From: Octopus vulgaris
Lineage: Eukaryota
Direction of reading: 5' to 3'
Assembly (NCBI GenBank): GCA_951406725.2
Contig: OX597826.1
Span: forward strand, 56,482,001 to 56,546,000
DNA length: 64,000 nucleotides
Of the stretch, positions 13,246 through 26,296 are shown piece after piece (the first letter of the stretch is position 1; each line of letters starts with the position of its first letter). The notes beneath the pieces are model-generated. The model was given only the letters and a program-made list of their open reading frames with translations, had not been told where the DNA came from and did not search any database. A program made the translations under genes and the position numbers.

Positions 13246-13575
13246 TACAATAACAGGAACAGTTCTTGCTTTACGATGTCACATCTTTTGTATTTCAATT
13301 TCCAGGTCCTTAAATTTATTTAATGTGTCAAATTCCTTTACAGATATATCCTTGTCCGTGGGAACACTTACATCTGACTGCAACTATTTTCTTCCTCTAT
13401 GCCTGGTCAATTAGCGTAAATCGTTCTGTCAGTGTTGAGTGGAAAATCCCAGAGGACAGTGACATTTTTACCTTCAACAACTGGTTCAGGATGATATTCA
13501 TACCAGTAAGTAGGAGTGTTGATTTTGTAGTGTTTACATATTTTCCAATATAAATACTGGCCTATCCTATCATGG
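13160..13575 (-). pseudogene. R4/Dong-like non-LTR retrotransposon fragment (restriction-like endonuclease C-terminus)
   Basis: Minus strand gives QYLYWKICKHYKINTPTYWYEYHPEPVVEGKNVTVLWDFPLNTDRTIYAN* and DVSVPTDKDISVKEFDTLNKFKDLEIEIQKM...TVPVIVDTLGMIK. Lies next to an (ATT)n tract. Confidence 0.78.
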
Positions 13576-13602
13576 CAATTTTTGTATTCGTTTTTATTAT
13601 TA

Positions 13603-13675
<73 letters not shown>

Positions 13676-13814
13676 CATCATCATCATTATTATTATTATT
13701 ATTTTTGCTGCTGTAATTTTTTTTTTGTGCTGTAACTCATCCTTCGATATTATCCTCCATGTCTTGGGAATTTGCAAACAATAAAAGAAATCATTATTAT
13801 AATTATTATTATCA

Positions 13815-14211
13815 TTATTAAGTGAGAGAGCACCGCATGCCATCAAAGTGACACTGGGGTAAAATATATGAATCCCAGTATACCCATCATGACTACCCAT
13901 CTGAAAAGGTTACACTAGGCACATGCATCACAACCATATGTGCGCGACATGGTGATCTCATATCAAGATAAACAGCACATGATCTTGCAGGTGGGGCCCA
14001 GTTAGAATTTTCTTCTGGTCAAGTAACCCATCCCACTCAAAAGGTCCCTGAACAAGGGTTGTTTAAGGATGTTGAACAAAACACCCATGTTTCCAGAGGT
14101 GAATTATTCAAGCCCCAAAGAATCCTTCTCAACACATGGCTGTGATGCTCCCCCAGTACTTCTGCTCGTGATCAGAGGTGCACATATCGTCAGCCACTAA
14201 GGGACATGCTC

Positions 14212-14212
<1 letters not shown>
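13815..14212. mobile_element. Interspersed repeat family E flanked by (ATT)n; inverted copy at 52775-53245
   Basis: About 400 bp is the reverse complement of 52855-53240; both copies sit in (AAT)n tracts. Confidence 0.8.
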
Positions 14213-14262
<50 letters not shown>

Positions 14263-14794
14263 TAAGGCAGTAAGATGGTAGAATCATAAGCACACTGGGC
14301 AAAATGCTTAGTGGCATTTGGTCTATCTTTACATTCTGAGATCAAATTCTGCTACGGTCGACTTTGCCTTTCATCCTTTCATGGTCGATAAATTAAGTAC
14401 CAGTGAAACACTGGGGTCAAGATAATCGACTTACCCCCTCCCCCAAATTTCAGTATATAGTAGGAATAATTAATATTATTATTATTACTAGAGTATTATG
14501 ATTAGTATTATTATTACCTGTCATATGATGGTTAAGTTTAGCAGTATTACTTTTGCCACCATGGCTAATATCAGGAAATATGGCAGACATATAATAATTA
14601 CAATTTAGCAAAATAATGGAATAAAATGATGGAATATTTTTTCAAAAAGTAAATATTTATTGCTCTGTAATTTATTCTCCCCTCTCCTTCGCCTCCACCT
14701 CTTCTTATTCCTTTTCTTCTTGTTCCTCCTCCCCTTCTCCATTGTCTATGATTTTTTCTCTCAGACTATGTGTGTGTGTATATGTGTAGCATTT

Positions 14795-15605
14795 CATTAC
14801 TCATTTCTTTACTCATTATTCATTCCTTTACTCCTTACTTTACTCATTACTCACTCTTTTGCTCATTAACCATTCTTTCACTCATTACTTATTTCTTTAC
14901 CCATCATTCATTCCTATACTCATTACTTATTCCTTTACTCATTAATCACTCTTCTACTCATTACGCATTCCTTTACTCATTACACATTCCTTTATTCATT
15001 ACTCACTCCTTTACTCATTACTCATTATTCATTTTTTCTCTCATTACTCATTATTTTACTCATTACTCACTCCTTTGCTTATTACTCACTCCTTTACTCA
15101 TTACTCATTACTCATTCCTATACTCATTATTCAACCCTTTGCTCATTATTCATTCCTTTACTCATTATTACTCACTCATTTACTCATTACTCATTATTCA
15201 TTTTTTCTCTCATTACTCATTATTTTACTCATTACTCACTCCTTTGCTTATTACTTACTCCTTTACTCATTACTCATTCTTTTACTCATTACTCATTATT
15301 TTACTCATTACTCATTATTTTACTCATTACTCATTCCTACACTCATTATTCAACCCTTTGCTCATTATTCATTCCTATACTCATTATTACTCATTCCTTT
15401 ACTCATTAATCACTTTTTACTCATTACTCATTCCTTTACTCATTACTCACTCATTTACTCATTACTCCATTACTCATTATTCATTTTTCCTTTCATTACT
15501 CATTACTTTACTCATTACTCACTCCTTTGCTTATTACTCATTATTACTCATTCCTTTGCTCATCACTCACCCCTTTACTCATCACTCACCCCTTTACTCA
15601 TTTAC
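14795..15605. repeat. Degenerate TTACTCA/CATTACT short-unit satellite with ~220 bp higher-order repeat
   Basis: Dozens of TTACTCA(T/C) units; ACTCATTATTCAACCCTTTGCTCATTATTCATTCCT recurs near 15122 and 15340. Confidence 0.88.
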
Positions 15606-16134
15606 TTCCTTTGATGCCCTTAGCAAATGCTTATTTTGCTTAATGGTTAATCCAGTGCTTGGTTGTGCTGTACTTTATAAGCATTAGTTAGTGATTTCAT
15701 AGTCATAAGCATTAGCAGTGCTTCTCAAACATTTTTTGACCATTTCCTCTTTCTTAATACCCCACTCACATATTTAACATACACAGACAAAATATCAGGC
15801 CAGGGTAGTTAAATTCCAGATACTAATCTAACAAGACTGACTACATACCATAGCACCACCTTGCTATAAGTGAATATCTGACGCATCACTGCTTGAACTG
15901 CGAAACTGACCCAACCTTTAGTGTGAGATTTCAGCCAAATTCAGATAAATATTCTTTGCATTTCATATATACCTTTATAGCCAGCAGGTGAATTATATCT
16001 TTAGATTACAATTTATAGTTAGATTTTCTGTATTTAACATACTCTCATATTGATTTCTCAGCCCATTATGAGATTAACAGATAACACTTGTAGCTAGAAC
16101 CAACATCATTCAAGAATTTATGCATGTACGTATA

Positions 16135-16165
<31 letters not shown>

Positions 16166-16239
16166 GTGTGTGTGTGTGTGTGTGTGTATTTATGCATTAT
16201 ATGTGTGTACATGTATCTGTGTCTGTGTATATGTATATT

Positions 16240-16635
16240 TCATCTTTTACTTGTTTCAGTCATTTGACTGCGGCCATGCTGGAGCACCGCCTTTAGTCAA
16301 GCAAATCGACCCCGGGACTTATTCTTTGTAAGCCCAGTACTTATTCTATCGGTCTCTTTTGATGAACTGCTAAGTGACGGGGACGTAAACACACCAGCAT
16401 TGGTTGTCAAGCAATGCTAGGGGGACAAACACAGACACACAAACACATATACACACATATATATACATATATACGACAGGCTTCTTTCAGCTTCTGTCTA
16501 CCAAATCCACTCACAAGGCATTGGTCAGCCCAGGGCTATAGCAGAAGACACTTGCCCAAGATGCCACGCAGTGGGACTGAACCCGGAACCATGTGGCTGG
16601 TTAGCAAGCTACTTACCACACAGCCTCTCCTGCGC
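16240..16635 (-). mobile_element. SINE family A, near full length
   Basis: tRNA-like head (reverse complement GGCTGTGTGGTAAGTAGCTTGC...GGGTTCAGTCCC) and a body shared with many copies. Confidence 0.88.
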
Positions 16636-16879
16636 CTATGTATATGTATATTTTATCTTTTACTTGTTTCAGTCATTAGATTGTGGCCATGGTGGAGCAA
16701 TGCCTTAAAGGATTTTAGTCAAATGAATCAACCCAGGTACGTATTTATTTTTGTAAAGCCTAATACTTATTCTATTGGTCTCTTTTGCTGAACTGTTAAG
16801 TTATGGGAACACAAACACACCAACATCAGTTGTCAAGCAGTGATGGAGGACAAACACATAAACAAAGATACACACACAC

Positions 16880-17230
16880 ACATCATCATCATCATCATCA
16901 TCATCATTGTTTAACATCCACTTTCCATGCTAGCATGTGTTGGACAGTTCGACCGGGGTCTGGGAAGCCAGGAGGCTGCACCAGGCTCCGGTCTGATCTG
17001 GCAGTGTTTCTACATCTGGATGCCCTTCTTAACACCAAACACTCTGTGAGTGTAGTGGGTGCTTTTTACGTGCCACCAGCACAGGGGCCAGAGGAGGCTG
17101 GCAACGGCCACGATCGGCCGGTGCTTTTTATGTGCCACCGGCACGGAAGCCAGCCAATGCCGTGCTGGCATCAGCCACATTCAGATGGTGCTTTTTACGC
17201 GCCACTGGCATAGGTATCACACCTACAATT
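16880..17230 (-). mobile_element. SINE/LINE-tail family C ending in (GAT)n
   Basis: Body (AAGGGCATCCAG...CCCAGACCCC...GCTAGCATGGAAAG-GGA-GTTAAAC-(GAT)n) is repeated many times in the window. Confidence 0.82.
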
Positions 17231-18058
17231 TCCCCATATATGCATGTGTGTATGTATGCATGTATGTATGTATGCATGTATGTATGTATGTGTGTATGTA
17301 TGTGTGTGCATGTGTGTGTGTGTATTTGCTGGGTGAGGTGCATGTTTTTTATCCCCTAGTCTTACCATCACATGACAGTTGTGAATGTGCATCACTTCCA
17401 TACAAGCAGCATCCCTCATTTCGAAAAGTCTGCAAAATATGTCTTGCAATGGAGAAATGTCTGTTTGTTCGGAAACAGGTACCGGTTGTCAATTGGGAAG
17501 GTATTTGGCCATAGAAAATCTGCCTCAACAAATTCCATCTGACTCATGCAAGCAAGGAAATATCATCATCATCATCATCATCATAATCATCATCATCTTC
17601 TTCATCACTCTCATCATCATCGACATTGTCGTCGTCATCGTCGTCGTAGTCATCATCATCAACATCATCTTCATCATCATCATCTCCTTCATCACTCTCA
17701 TCATCATCCTCATCATCATTGTCGTCGTCATCGTCGTCCTAGTCATCATCATCATCATCATCATCCTCATCAATGTCATCATCATTGTCATCATCATCAT
17801 AATTTAATGTCTGTTTTCCATGCTGTTTTCAAATGATGTGGATAAGATATATATATATATAAAGACATGTCAAGAGACTTCATACTGTAGCATCAGTCCC
17901 TTCTGCCGGCCAGCACAAGTGTGCATTATGCAATAAAATGTGCAAATCTGTCTCACCCTCTCTCTCTCTCTCCTTCTCCTGCACTTCCCTGAGGTTGGTA
18001 ACCTTGTATTAATTCCTTTGCAGTAGCGCACCTGTTTCTGTATTCATTCCTGATCTTT

Positions 18059-18110
<52 letters not shown>

Positions 18111-18149
18111 CTCTCTCTCTCTCTCTCTCACCAGCCAGTTTTGATTTTT

Positions 18150-18442
18150 TGTGTCTTGCAAGACTTGGTGACTCTGTCAATGCAGGTGCCACTTCAAAGC
18201 ACCCAGTCTACACTGTAAAGTGGTTGGTGTTTGGAAGGGCATCCAGCTGTTAAAACCTTGCTAAAACTGACCTCGCCTGTACTTGTGCCACGTAAAAAGC
18301 ACTAGGTCCACACCAGCTGTAAAGCGCTTGCCAAAACAGTCACAGAAGTCTGGTGCAAGCTTCTACTTGGCCAGCTCTTGTCAAATCATTCCACCCACGC
18401 CAACTTGGAATGCGGACGTTAGATGATGATGATGATGATGAT
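18150..18442 (+). mobile_element. Family C repeat, diverged
   Basis: GGAAGGGCATCCAGCTG and GCGGACGTTAGATGATGATG tail. Confidence 0.7.
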
Positions 18443-19184
18443 AGAAATATAAATTTTGACAATGTCTTTATTGCAGTGGTGGTGGTGGTGGTGGTGGTGG
18501 TGATAGCTTTGGTGGTGATGATGGTGGTGGTGGTGGTGGTAATGGTATGGTAATGAAAATTATTAATGGTGTTTCTCTACTCATACACTATGCTTATGTA
18601 TGTGTGTGTTTGTGTGTATGTGCGTGTGTGTGTATATTTGTGTCTCCATTAAATCAATTTCTTCAGAATAAAACAAAAGTAAAGTAATTTGGATAAGTTT
18701 AATTAATAAACATTGGTTAACGAGTCTATATGTAAAGACAGGATTAATAAACCAATATATACACACAATCACACACATACACACACAACATATACATGCA
18801 TATATATATATATAATATATATATATATACACATATATATATACATATATATATATATATAGATATAGATATATATGAAAATATACTCAGATACATACAC
18901 ACACATACAAACACAAGTATACACGCATACATACACATATATACAAACTCCTATACATACACTGACACAAATATACACATACATATATACATAAACAGCC
19001 ATACACATATACATAGATATAAACGCTCATACCTATGCACACTACATACACACAGGCATATATATATGTGTGTATATATATATATATAAAAATATATATA
19101 TATCGACACACATTTATATCCACATGCCCACAAATACTCATACATATACGTGCTGACCTACAAACACACATACACACACGCACG

Positions 19185-19242
<58 letters not shown>

Positions 19243-19296
19243 AACATATATCTACATGCATGCATGCTCATGCACACACACTCTAACACTCTAATA

Positions 19297-19492
19297 CAGA
19301 GGGCCCTAAACTGTTTAGACCATCAACCCCTTCATGGAATCCTTGACCCATTCATCGACACCCCCACCCCACCAGGCATGTACAAGAAAATAAATAGATA
19401 ATAATAATAATTAAATAGATGTGTATTTATCGACCCTTTGAAATGTCCCATTGACCCCCAGGAGTCGATATCAAATACTCTGGAGACCCCTT
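19297..19492. mobile_element. Degenerate hAT-type MITE
   Basis: Imperfect TIRs (CAGAGGGCCCTAAAC / TGGAGACCCCTT) and an 8-bp TSD CTCTAATA / CTCTAACA. Confidence 0.55.
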
Positions 19493-19499
19493 CTCTAAC

Positions 19500-19637
19500 A
19501 CATACATACACACAAATTCTGTTGCACACACGCACATACACATACATGCAAGTACATACATGAATAATCATATGCATACACGAGAACTAAGCACATACAC
19601 ATATCACATACACACTGACAATCACATACATATATAC

Positions 19638-19684
<47 letters not shown>

Positions 19685-20660
19685 CATGCACACAAACATA
19701 TAGCTACACACACACACACACATACACTCAAACAATCATGCATGCACACACACACATACACACAATAATGCACACACACACACACACTGACATCCACACG
19801 CAACACATACATGCATACATACCTGTATATATGCATGCACACATACAAATATACACACACACATGCATACCTGCACATATACACACATACATACATACAC
19901 ACACATACATGAACTAACACATGCATACATACATATACACACACATACATCCATACATACATGCATACACACATACACACACATATTCATTAACTAACAC
20001 ACACATACATGCATACATACAGACACACATATTAACATACAGACATACAGACATGCATACATATACATATAAACATACATACATGCATGCATACACACAG
20101 ACATGCATACATACACACATATACATTAACTAACACACACATACATGCATACATACAGACACACATGTTAACATACAGATATACAGACACACATACATAT
20201 ACATATAAACATACATACATGCATACACACATACACTCATACATACACACATATACATTAACTAACACACATACATGCATACATAATGACACACATACAT
20301 ACACACATATAAACATACATACATACAGACAGACAGACAAACAGACAGACACGCATATACATTAACTAACACACACATACATGCATACATAATGACACAC
20401 ATACATACACACATATAAACATACATACATACATACATACAGACAGACAGACATACAGACACACAAACATATACATATAAACATACATACATGTATACAC
20501 ACATACACGCATACATACACACATATACATTAACTAACACACACACACATGCATACATAATGACACACATACATACACACATATAAACATACATACATAC
20601 ATACATACAGACAGACAGACACATATATATACACACATATAAACCTACATTCATACATAC
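19500..20660. repeat. CA-rich compound minisatellite with recurring CATTAACTAACACAC unit
   Basis: The motif recurs near 19988, 20124, 20256, 20360 and 20527. Confidence 0.85.
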
Positions 20661-21149
20661 AAAACCATTAAAACAAAATAGTGAGAATCACCACCTCTTC
20701 CTAACTTGTATTGAATTTAAATTAGAATATTGATTTTTTAATAAATCATTTTTCAACGTAAGGTGGTTGATACTAGATAGGGTGGATGGGTAGGTAACAG
20801 GGTAGGCAAGAGGTAATGATTTTGTTTTATTGGTCTCGGTATCCATTTACTTTTTAAAAAATGTGTTAGAAAAGTTTTGCATCGCACACTTATAGTGACA
20901 CATGTCTATTTGATAAATTGTGGGGTTTTTTGTTGTTTTGGGGAGTTTTATTTTTTGGAAAATATGCAACGTATTGGAACTGACATAAAAAAAAAAATTT
21001 TTAAAAAGAAAAACGAAATAATAATGAATTAATAAATTAATAAATAAAAGAAAATCTCCGGAACTGCGATATTTACCATTTTTTTTTTTTTGTTTCTTGG
21101 GTTTTTTTTTTTTTTGCTTTGTTTTTGCTAATCTTGCTTCTCCTTTCAG

Positions 21150-21203
21150 TTTGAAGTCTGTGATTGGATTGTCGGAAAGATACGGGAATATTCATTATTA
21201 TGT
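21150..21203 (+). CDS. Candidate 54-nt frame-preserving internal exon of an unidentified gene
   Basis: Branch-like GCTAAT (21127-21132), pyrimidine tract CTTGCTTCTCCTTTCAG, donor GTGAGT at 21204. Two open frames (FEVCDWIVGKIREYSLLC or LKSVIGLSERYGNIHYY); unique CpG-retaining sequence. Confidence 0.42.
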
Positions 21204-21329
21204 GTGAGTGAGTGCGTGCGTGTGCGTGTATGTATGTGTTTGTGGATATATGTCTATGAGTATATATATATATATGCGTGTATCTGTGTGCATATATATA
21301 CATATAAATATAGGCATGTACAAAATTAG

Positions 21330-21361
<32 letters not shown>

Positions 21362-21875
21362 CACACATAATTAATTTAATTGAGGAAAAGAGAAGTCAAA
21401 TTGATGTTACAGACATTTCTGTAAGCGAACATTGTTTATTCCATGCCACACACTCCATTTTATCATTAACTGATGTATAAATGGTATTCCTTTGGCTATT
21501 AGAATACTTCACACAACACTAGCCATGTTCCTACATGAAATGCTGATGAGATGATTGCCCAAATTGTTCTTATTCCCCACCAGTTATCATATATATATAT
21601 ATATATTCAGTCTACTGGAGGGATAAAAGTAGAATGAGGTATTTTTGCCTCTTGACTGAAACAGCTGTAAGATATTTTCCTAATTTCTATTCCTGTATGT
21701 TATGTGTTTTGATAATTACTGGTATCTTTAAATATTATAAATGTAAAGCATAATATGTTATACATGTATGTATATTGCTATAATTGTCATTTTAGAAGGT
21801 AAATAAATAAACTGACATAATATAATGTCTAAAAGTTGATAAATACCACCTATTTATCCCCTCCATTTTCTCATT

Positions 21876-21929
<54 letters not shown>

Positions 21930-21937
<8 letters not shown>

Positions 21938-22157
21938 AAAAAGCACCATCCGATCGTGGCCGTTTGCCAGCCTCGTCTGGGACCTGTGCCGGTGGCACGT
22001 AAAAAGCACCCACTACACTCATGGAGTGGTTGGCATTAGGAAGGGCATCCAGCCATAGAAACATTGCCAGGTCAGACTGGGCCTGGTGCAACCTTCTGGT
22101 TTCCCCAGACCCCAGTTGAACCATCCAACCCATGCCAGCATGGACAGCGGACGTTAA

Positions 22158-22188
<31 letters not shown>
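21930..22188 (+). mobile_element. Family C repeat
   Basis: Same body and (GAT)n tail as other copies. Confidence 0.85.
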
Positions 22189-22222
<34 letters not shown>

Positions 22223-22459
22223 CATGTACCCCACATACTCACACACATTTGTATGTATGTTTTTTCTAAGTGTTTTACTACAGTTCTTTTTAAGAGAGTT
22301 CAAGCCAGTCACTAACAAAATGACAAGACTTTTTGAGTTAAGAAAGTTCTTAATGTTTATAAATATATGGCTGAGTTGGTGTGTTGGTGGTGGAGTTGTT
22401 TGATTTGCAAACCCAAGTGGGTGCAACGATTCATCCAAAATATCTCAGGTGGAGAATCC

Positions 22460-22675
22460 TTGGAATCTCTTACAAACCTTCACTGTGCCACTAATAGATT
22501 GGATTTGGAGAACGCTTGTCAGTTTCTTTTGCTCTTTCTTTGAAAAACCTAAATCTTTTAGATTTTTTTGTAAATCTGTAGGTACATAGCAAAACGCACC
22601 AATGATAACAGATACAAATGAAAATTATATTCAGGTACAAATGCTCAAAGTTCCGCATTAACGGTGCTAATTTTT
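22460..22675 (-). pseudogene. Decayed C-terminal fragment of an REL-endonuclease-type LINE
   Basis: With frameshifts, the minus strand gives VSVIIGAFCYVPTDLQKNLKDLGFSKKEQKKLTSVLQIQSISGTVKVCK, resembling the VIIGALG...LQ...SI.GT.KI C-terminus of such LINEs. Confidence 0.5.
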
Positions 22676-24978
22676 AAAAACCAAAGGTTTTTGTGAAATT
22701 TCATTTTTGGTTTATGCTTGGGACACCAACCAAGAACTAATTCACCATAAAGTACCTGCTTCACAAGCCTGAAATTATCAAGATCTTCAACCTGATATCT
22801 TTGTGATCCATTCATTCATCCATCCATCTTCTCTGTCCATTACTCCTGAGAGGGTCATGGGGACAGAATCCTCTTCGATTGAGCCCTTTCAGAAATCCTC
22901 CTCCATTGGGTCCTGTCAGAAGCCCTCCATTTTAGGGATCCTATTAGAAGCAATCATCATTACACTTTCTGACTAGATTCCTAGTATGACCATCTAAAAA
23001 GAAATAAAGTTACCTCTTCAAGTCATGCTCACTCGCAGGGACTGGTTCCCCATTTTCATGGCATGTATATTCCCCACCTGGATGGGATGCTAGTCCATCA
23101 CAGGATAACTCATATGAAATCAAGTGTTTTGCTCAAGAGCACAACACATCACCTGGTCCAGGAACTGAAACCACAATCTCACGATCATGTGTCCAACACC
23201 CTAATCACTAAGCCACACACCTCCACACATGACCATCTCAGAGTATGGCTATTTTCTTGGTCTACCCATAGATTGAAGAATTTCTCTTGTAATTCATTCC
23301 CAGAACATTCTAATCACATGTACATTGTACCAGAGCCGTGACTAACCTCTCACTAAATAAATCAAATTAATAATAAATTTTTACTTCATCATTGATTTTG
23401 AAGCCAAAGTTATGGAAATTTTCTAATTTCTAGTCAAGATTTTGGAAATCTTATATTTTCTCATCACTAATTGTCATTCTGTTAAATTAACATATTAAAT
23501 TGTTACTCAAAATAGAGAAGTGAACAACAGAACAGTGAACAACAGAGTGAACAGTAAACAATAATATCTAATCAGTGACCAACAAAATAAACAGTGAACA
23601 ACAAGCACATATATTCATAGCCGGGTCTATATTATTGTCATAGTGACATAAAAGGCTTGTACATAATTTTGTACAGAAATATTGTAATAATCTTGTGTTT
23701 GTCAGATAACTTACAAATTCATGTTAGAGATGGCCTCTATACATGACCTTTCACATCTCGATAACTTCTTCCACTGCTCTCTTTCTCTCTGCTCTCTTTC
23801 TTTATTTCTTTCTTTCTCTCTCTTTCTCTTCCGGCTCTCTCTGTCTATCTCTCTCTATCTCCATATTGTTTCTCTCCTCCCCCCACCACCTTACAAACTA
23901 CCAAACAGAAATGATACATCACTACAAGAATCGCGTGTCTGCCGTCTTTGAAAGGGTGTAAGCTGAGTGAAACATTAGTCCCTTTTCACTAGCCACAAGA
24001 CAAGGAAGGCTTGTATTTGACCCTTTGTACATTTTGGGGTCGAGTTCTTCTAAGGATTCCAATACAATTATTGAATTTTGTTTGGAAGGGTCAGTTAATT
24101 CATAATGAATTTCTTTCATAAATCTATATAAACCATTTGCCATTGTGTCATGTCAAAGTGGAACTCTGGCAACACATGTTGCTGTGACATTTGCAGTTTG
24201 ACTTCTACTGATCTTAAATCAGATTCTTAGAGAATCTAACAAAGATAAAAGCTCTTCACATTTGAATAAGGAAATAAGACCAAAATTTGTTGTAACCAGC
24301 TGCCAAAGTTTGACCTGTTCCAACTTTTAAGTTTAGCATTTCTGTTCTTTAAATCTTTTCGAAGGATTACTTCAGTCCCCTGACATATCTAAATCCAGTC
24401 TTCTGAATAATGGCAGCAGTACTTAAATGAGATTTTGTAAATAAGTTTATAACAATTCAATAAAGTGTAATGTAGAAATACACAGATATGTAGTGGTTGA
24501 TTAAAGGTTTAGCAAGAAAACTTAAAACTTAAAATTATGTGGCCTCCACAATCTTTCTCACTCCCCCACATGCCTCCCACGCACACACACACTCTCTCTC
24601 TCCCTCTTTCTCCCACTCTCTCTCTTTCTCATATATACGATATTTCTACATATACACATACATACATGCATACTTAAACTCACATATACATGCATACATA
24701 CACTTCTAAGAACATAGATACACATCTAGAAACATATATATATATGTGTATATATACACAGATATCTATTGACATAGATATCTGTGTATGCACACATATG
24801 CACATATACATGTATTAGTGAGTATGTATGTATGTGACCGCGTGTGTGTATATATAAGTGAGTGTGCATGTATATACATAGATATTTATGTTCACATATC
24901 TTAGTTATTTGTATACGTATGTGTTTTTTAGTGCATATAAATTTGCATGTGACTGTAGAAATGAATACATGTATATGC

Positions 24979-25019
<41 letters not shown>

Positions 25020-25049
25020 TACACACACACACACACGTACATATATATA

Positions 25050-25147
25050 TATATAGTTAATCCAAACATGAAAACACAAAGGGAAAACACAACGCAAGGA
25101 CGTGGAACAAGTTTAGTGTTATTGGAAGCTCAGCAAAGGAGAGAAAG
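25050..25147 (-). repeat. Fragment of the 35485-35690 repeat family
   Basis: Reverse complement of GAGCGTCCAATAATACTA...GTTCCACGTCCT...GTTTGGATTAACTAT at 35610-35690. Confidence 0.75.
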
Positions 25148-25552
25148 ATACACATACATACATACATATACTCATATATATATATATGTATGTATATATA
25201 TGTGTGTGTGTGTATGTGTGTGCATATACATATATATATATACAAACACAAACACACACACACTCACATACACACAATCGCACATACTCTCAAATAATAA
25301 CTAAGATGCTTGGTTCAATTCTTACCAAAATGAAGATGAACTGACACAATCTTCAGAGCAACAGAAAATTCCTTTCAATATTTAGTTGCAGCTGTTTATG
25401 TTCTGAATTCAAATTCTACCAAAGTCAGCTTTGTTTTTCAGTCTTTCTGGACTGACATGATAAAATGAGATAACAGCCAAGTATTGGGGTTGATGTAATC
25501 AAATGCTATCATTCTCTTCAGAATTGTAGGCATTGTGCCTTTATATGCATTT

Positions 25553-25612
<60 letters not shown>

Positions 25613-25615
<3 letters not shown>

Positions 25616-25780
25616 TCATCATCATCATCGTCGTTTAACGTCCGTTCTCCATGCTAGCATGGGTTGGACGGTTCGACCGGGGTTCTGGGAAGCCAGAAGG
25701 CTGCACCAGGCTCCAGTCTAAATTTGGCAATGTTTCTACAGCTGGATGCCCTTCATAACGCCAACCACTCCGTGAGTGTA
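25613..25780 (-). mobile_element. Family C repeat 3' part
   Basis: (CAT)n followed by the family C body. Confidence 0.82.
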
Positions 25781-25831
25781 TATATATATATATAAATATA
25801 TGAAAGAATGGAGTTGAACGACGAATTAACA

Positions 25832-25936
25832 AAGTTCCTTTATTTTCGACATATGTTTCGAAGGCTGCATATTCCTAATTGCGAAGGAATAAGGAGTATA
25901 TTATGCTGCTTTCTCATCAGGAAAAGCAAGGAACTT
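25832..25936 (-). ncRNA. Type I hammerhead ribozyme motif (intact copy)
   Basis: Minus strand: stem I AAGTTCCTTGCTTTTC / GAAAATAAAGGAACTT, core CTGATGA, extended stem II GAAAGCAGCATA...TATGCAGCCTTC, GAAA, palindromic stem III ACATATGT, GTC cleavage triplet (C opposite 25848). Confidence 0.85.
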
Positions 25937-25960
25937 ATGTCAACATGTTGATGTTGACAT

Positions 25961-26065
25961 AAGTTCCTTGCTTTTCCTGATGAGAAAGCGGCATAATATA
26001 CTCCTTATTCCTTCGCAATTAGGAATATGCAGCCTTCGAAACATATGTCAAATATAAAGGAACTT
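25961..26065 (+). ncRNA. Type I hammerhead ribozyme motif (stem I slightly decayed)
   Basis: CTGATGA 25977-25983, GAAA 26038-26041, CATATG, cleavage C at 26049; the first stem I pair is mismatched. Confidence 0.78.
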
Positions 26066-26234
26066 TGTTAATTCGTCGTTCAACTCCATTTTTTCATATA
26101 TTTATATTTAAAAAAAAAACATACAAATTTCCACACGAAAGCATGTAACTTCAAACGTGTCTTCTCTGATGTGAATTTGCTACCTAGGTATCGGTTAACC
26201 GAATTATCCATAACAAGATAATTCATTCTACTAC

Positions 26235-26295
<61 letters not shown>

Positions 26296-26296
<1 letters not shown>

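Larger units (their letters stand above)
25790..26107. repeat. Near-perfect ~155-bp-arm palindrome (loop 25947-25950) within a TA-flanked insertion extending to ~26240
   Basis: Arms are reverse complements with a few substitutions. Confidence 0.93.

Noticed and set aside
23900-24430. Unique sequence with a 73-aa minus ORF, or a plus-strand terminal exon (NDTSLQESRVCRL*)
   Set aside because: No recognisable homology and ambiguous splice signals; several short frames are equally plausible.
25790-26107. Palindromes as sequencing or amplification fold-back artefacts
   Set aside because: The arms differ by substitutions and indels (strongly so at 53678-53925), and all three centres lie close to ribozyme-like motifs. 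This is not expected of technical chimeras, although raw-read confirmation is still advisable.
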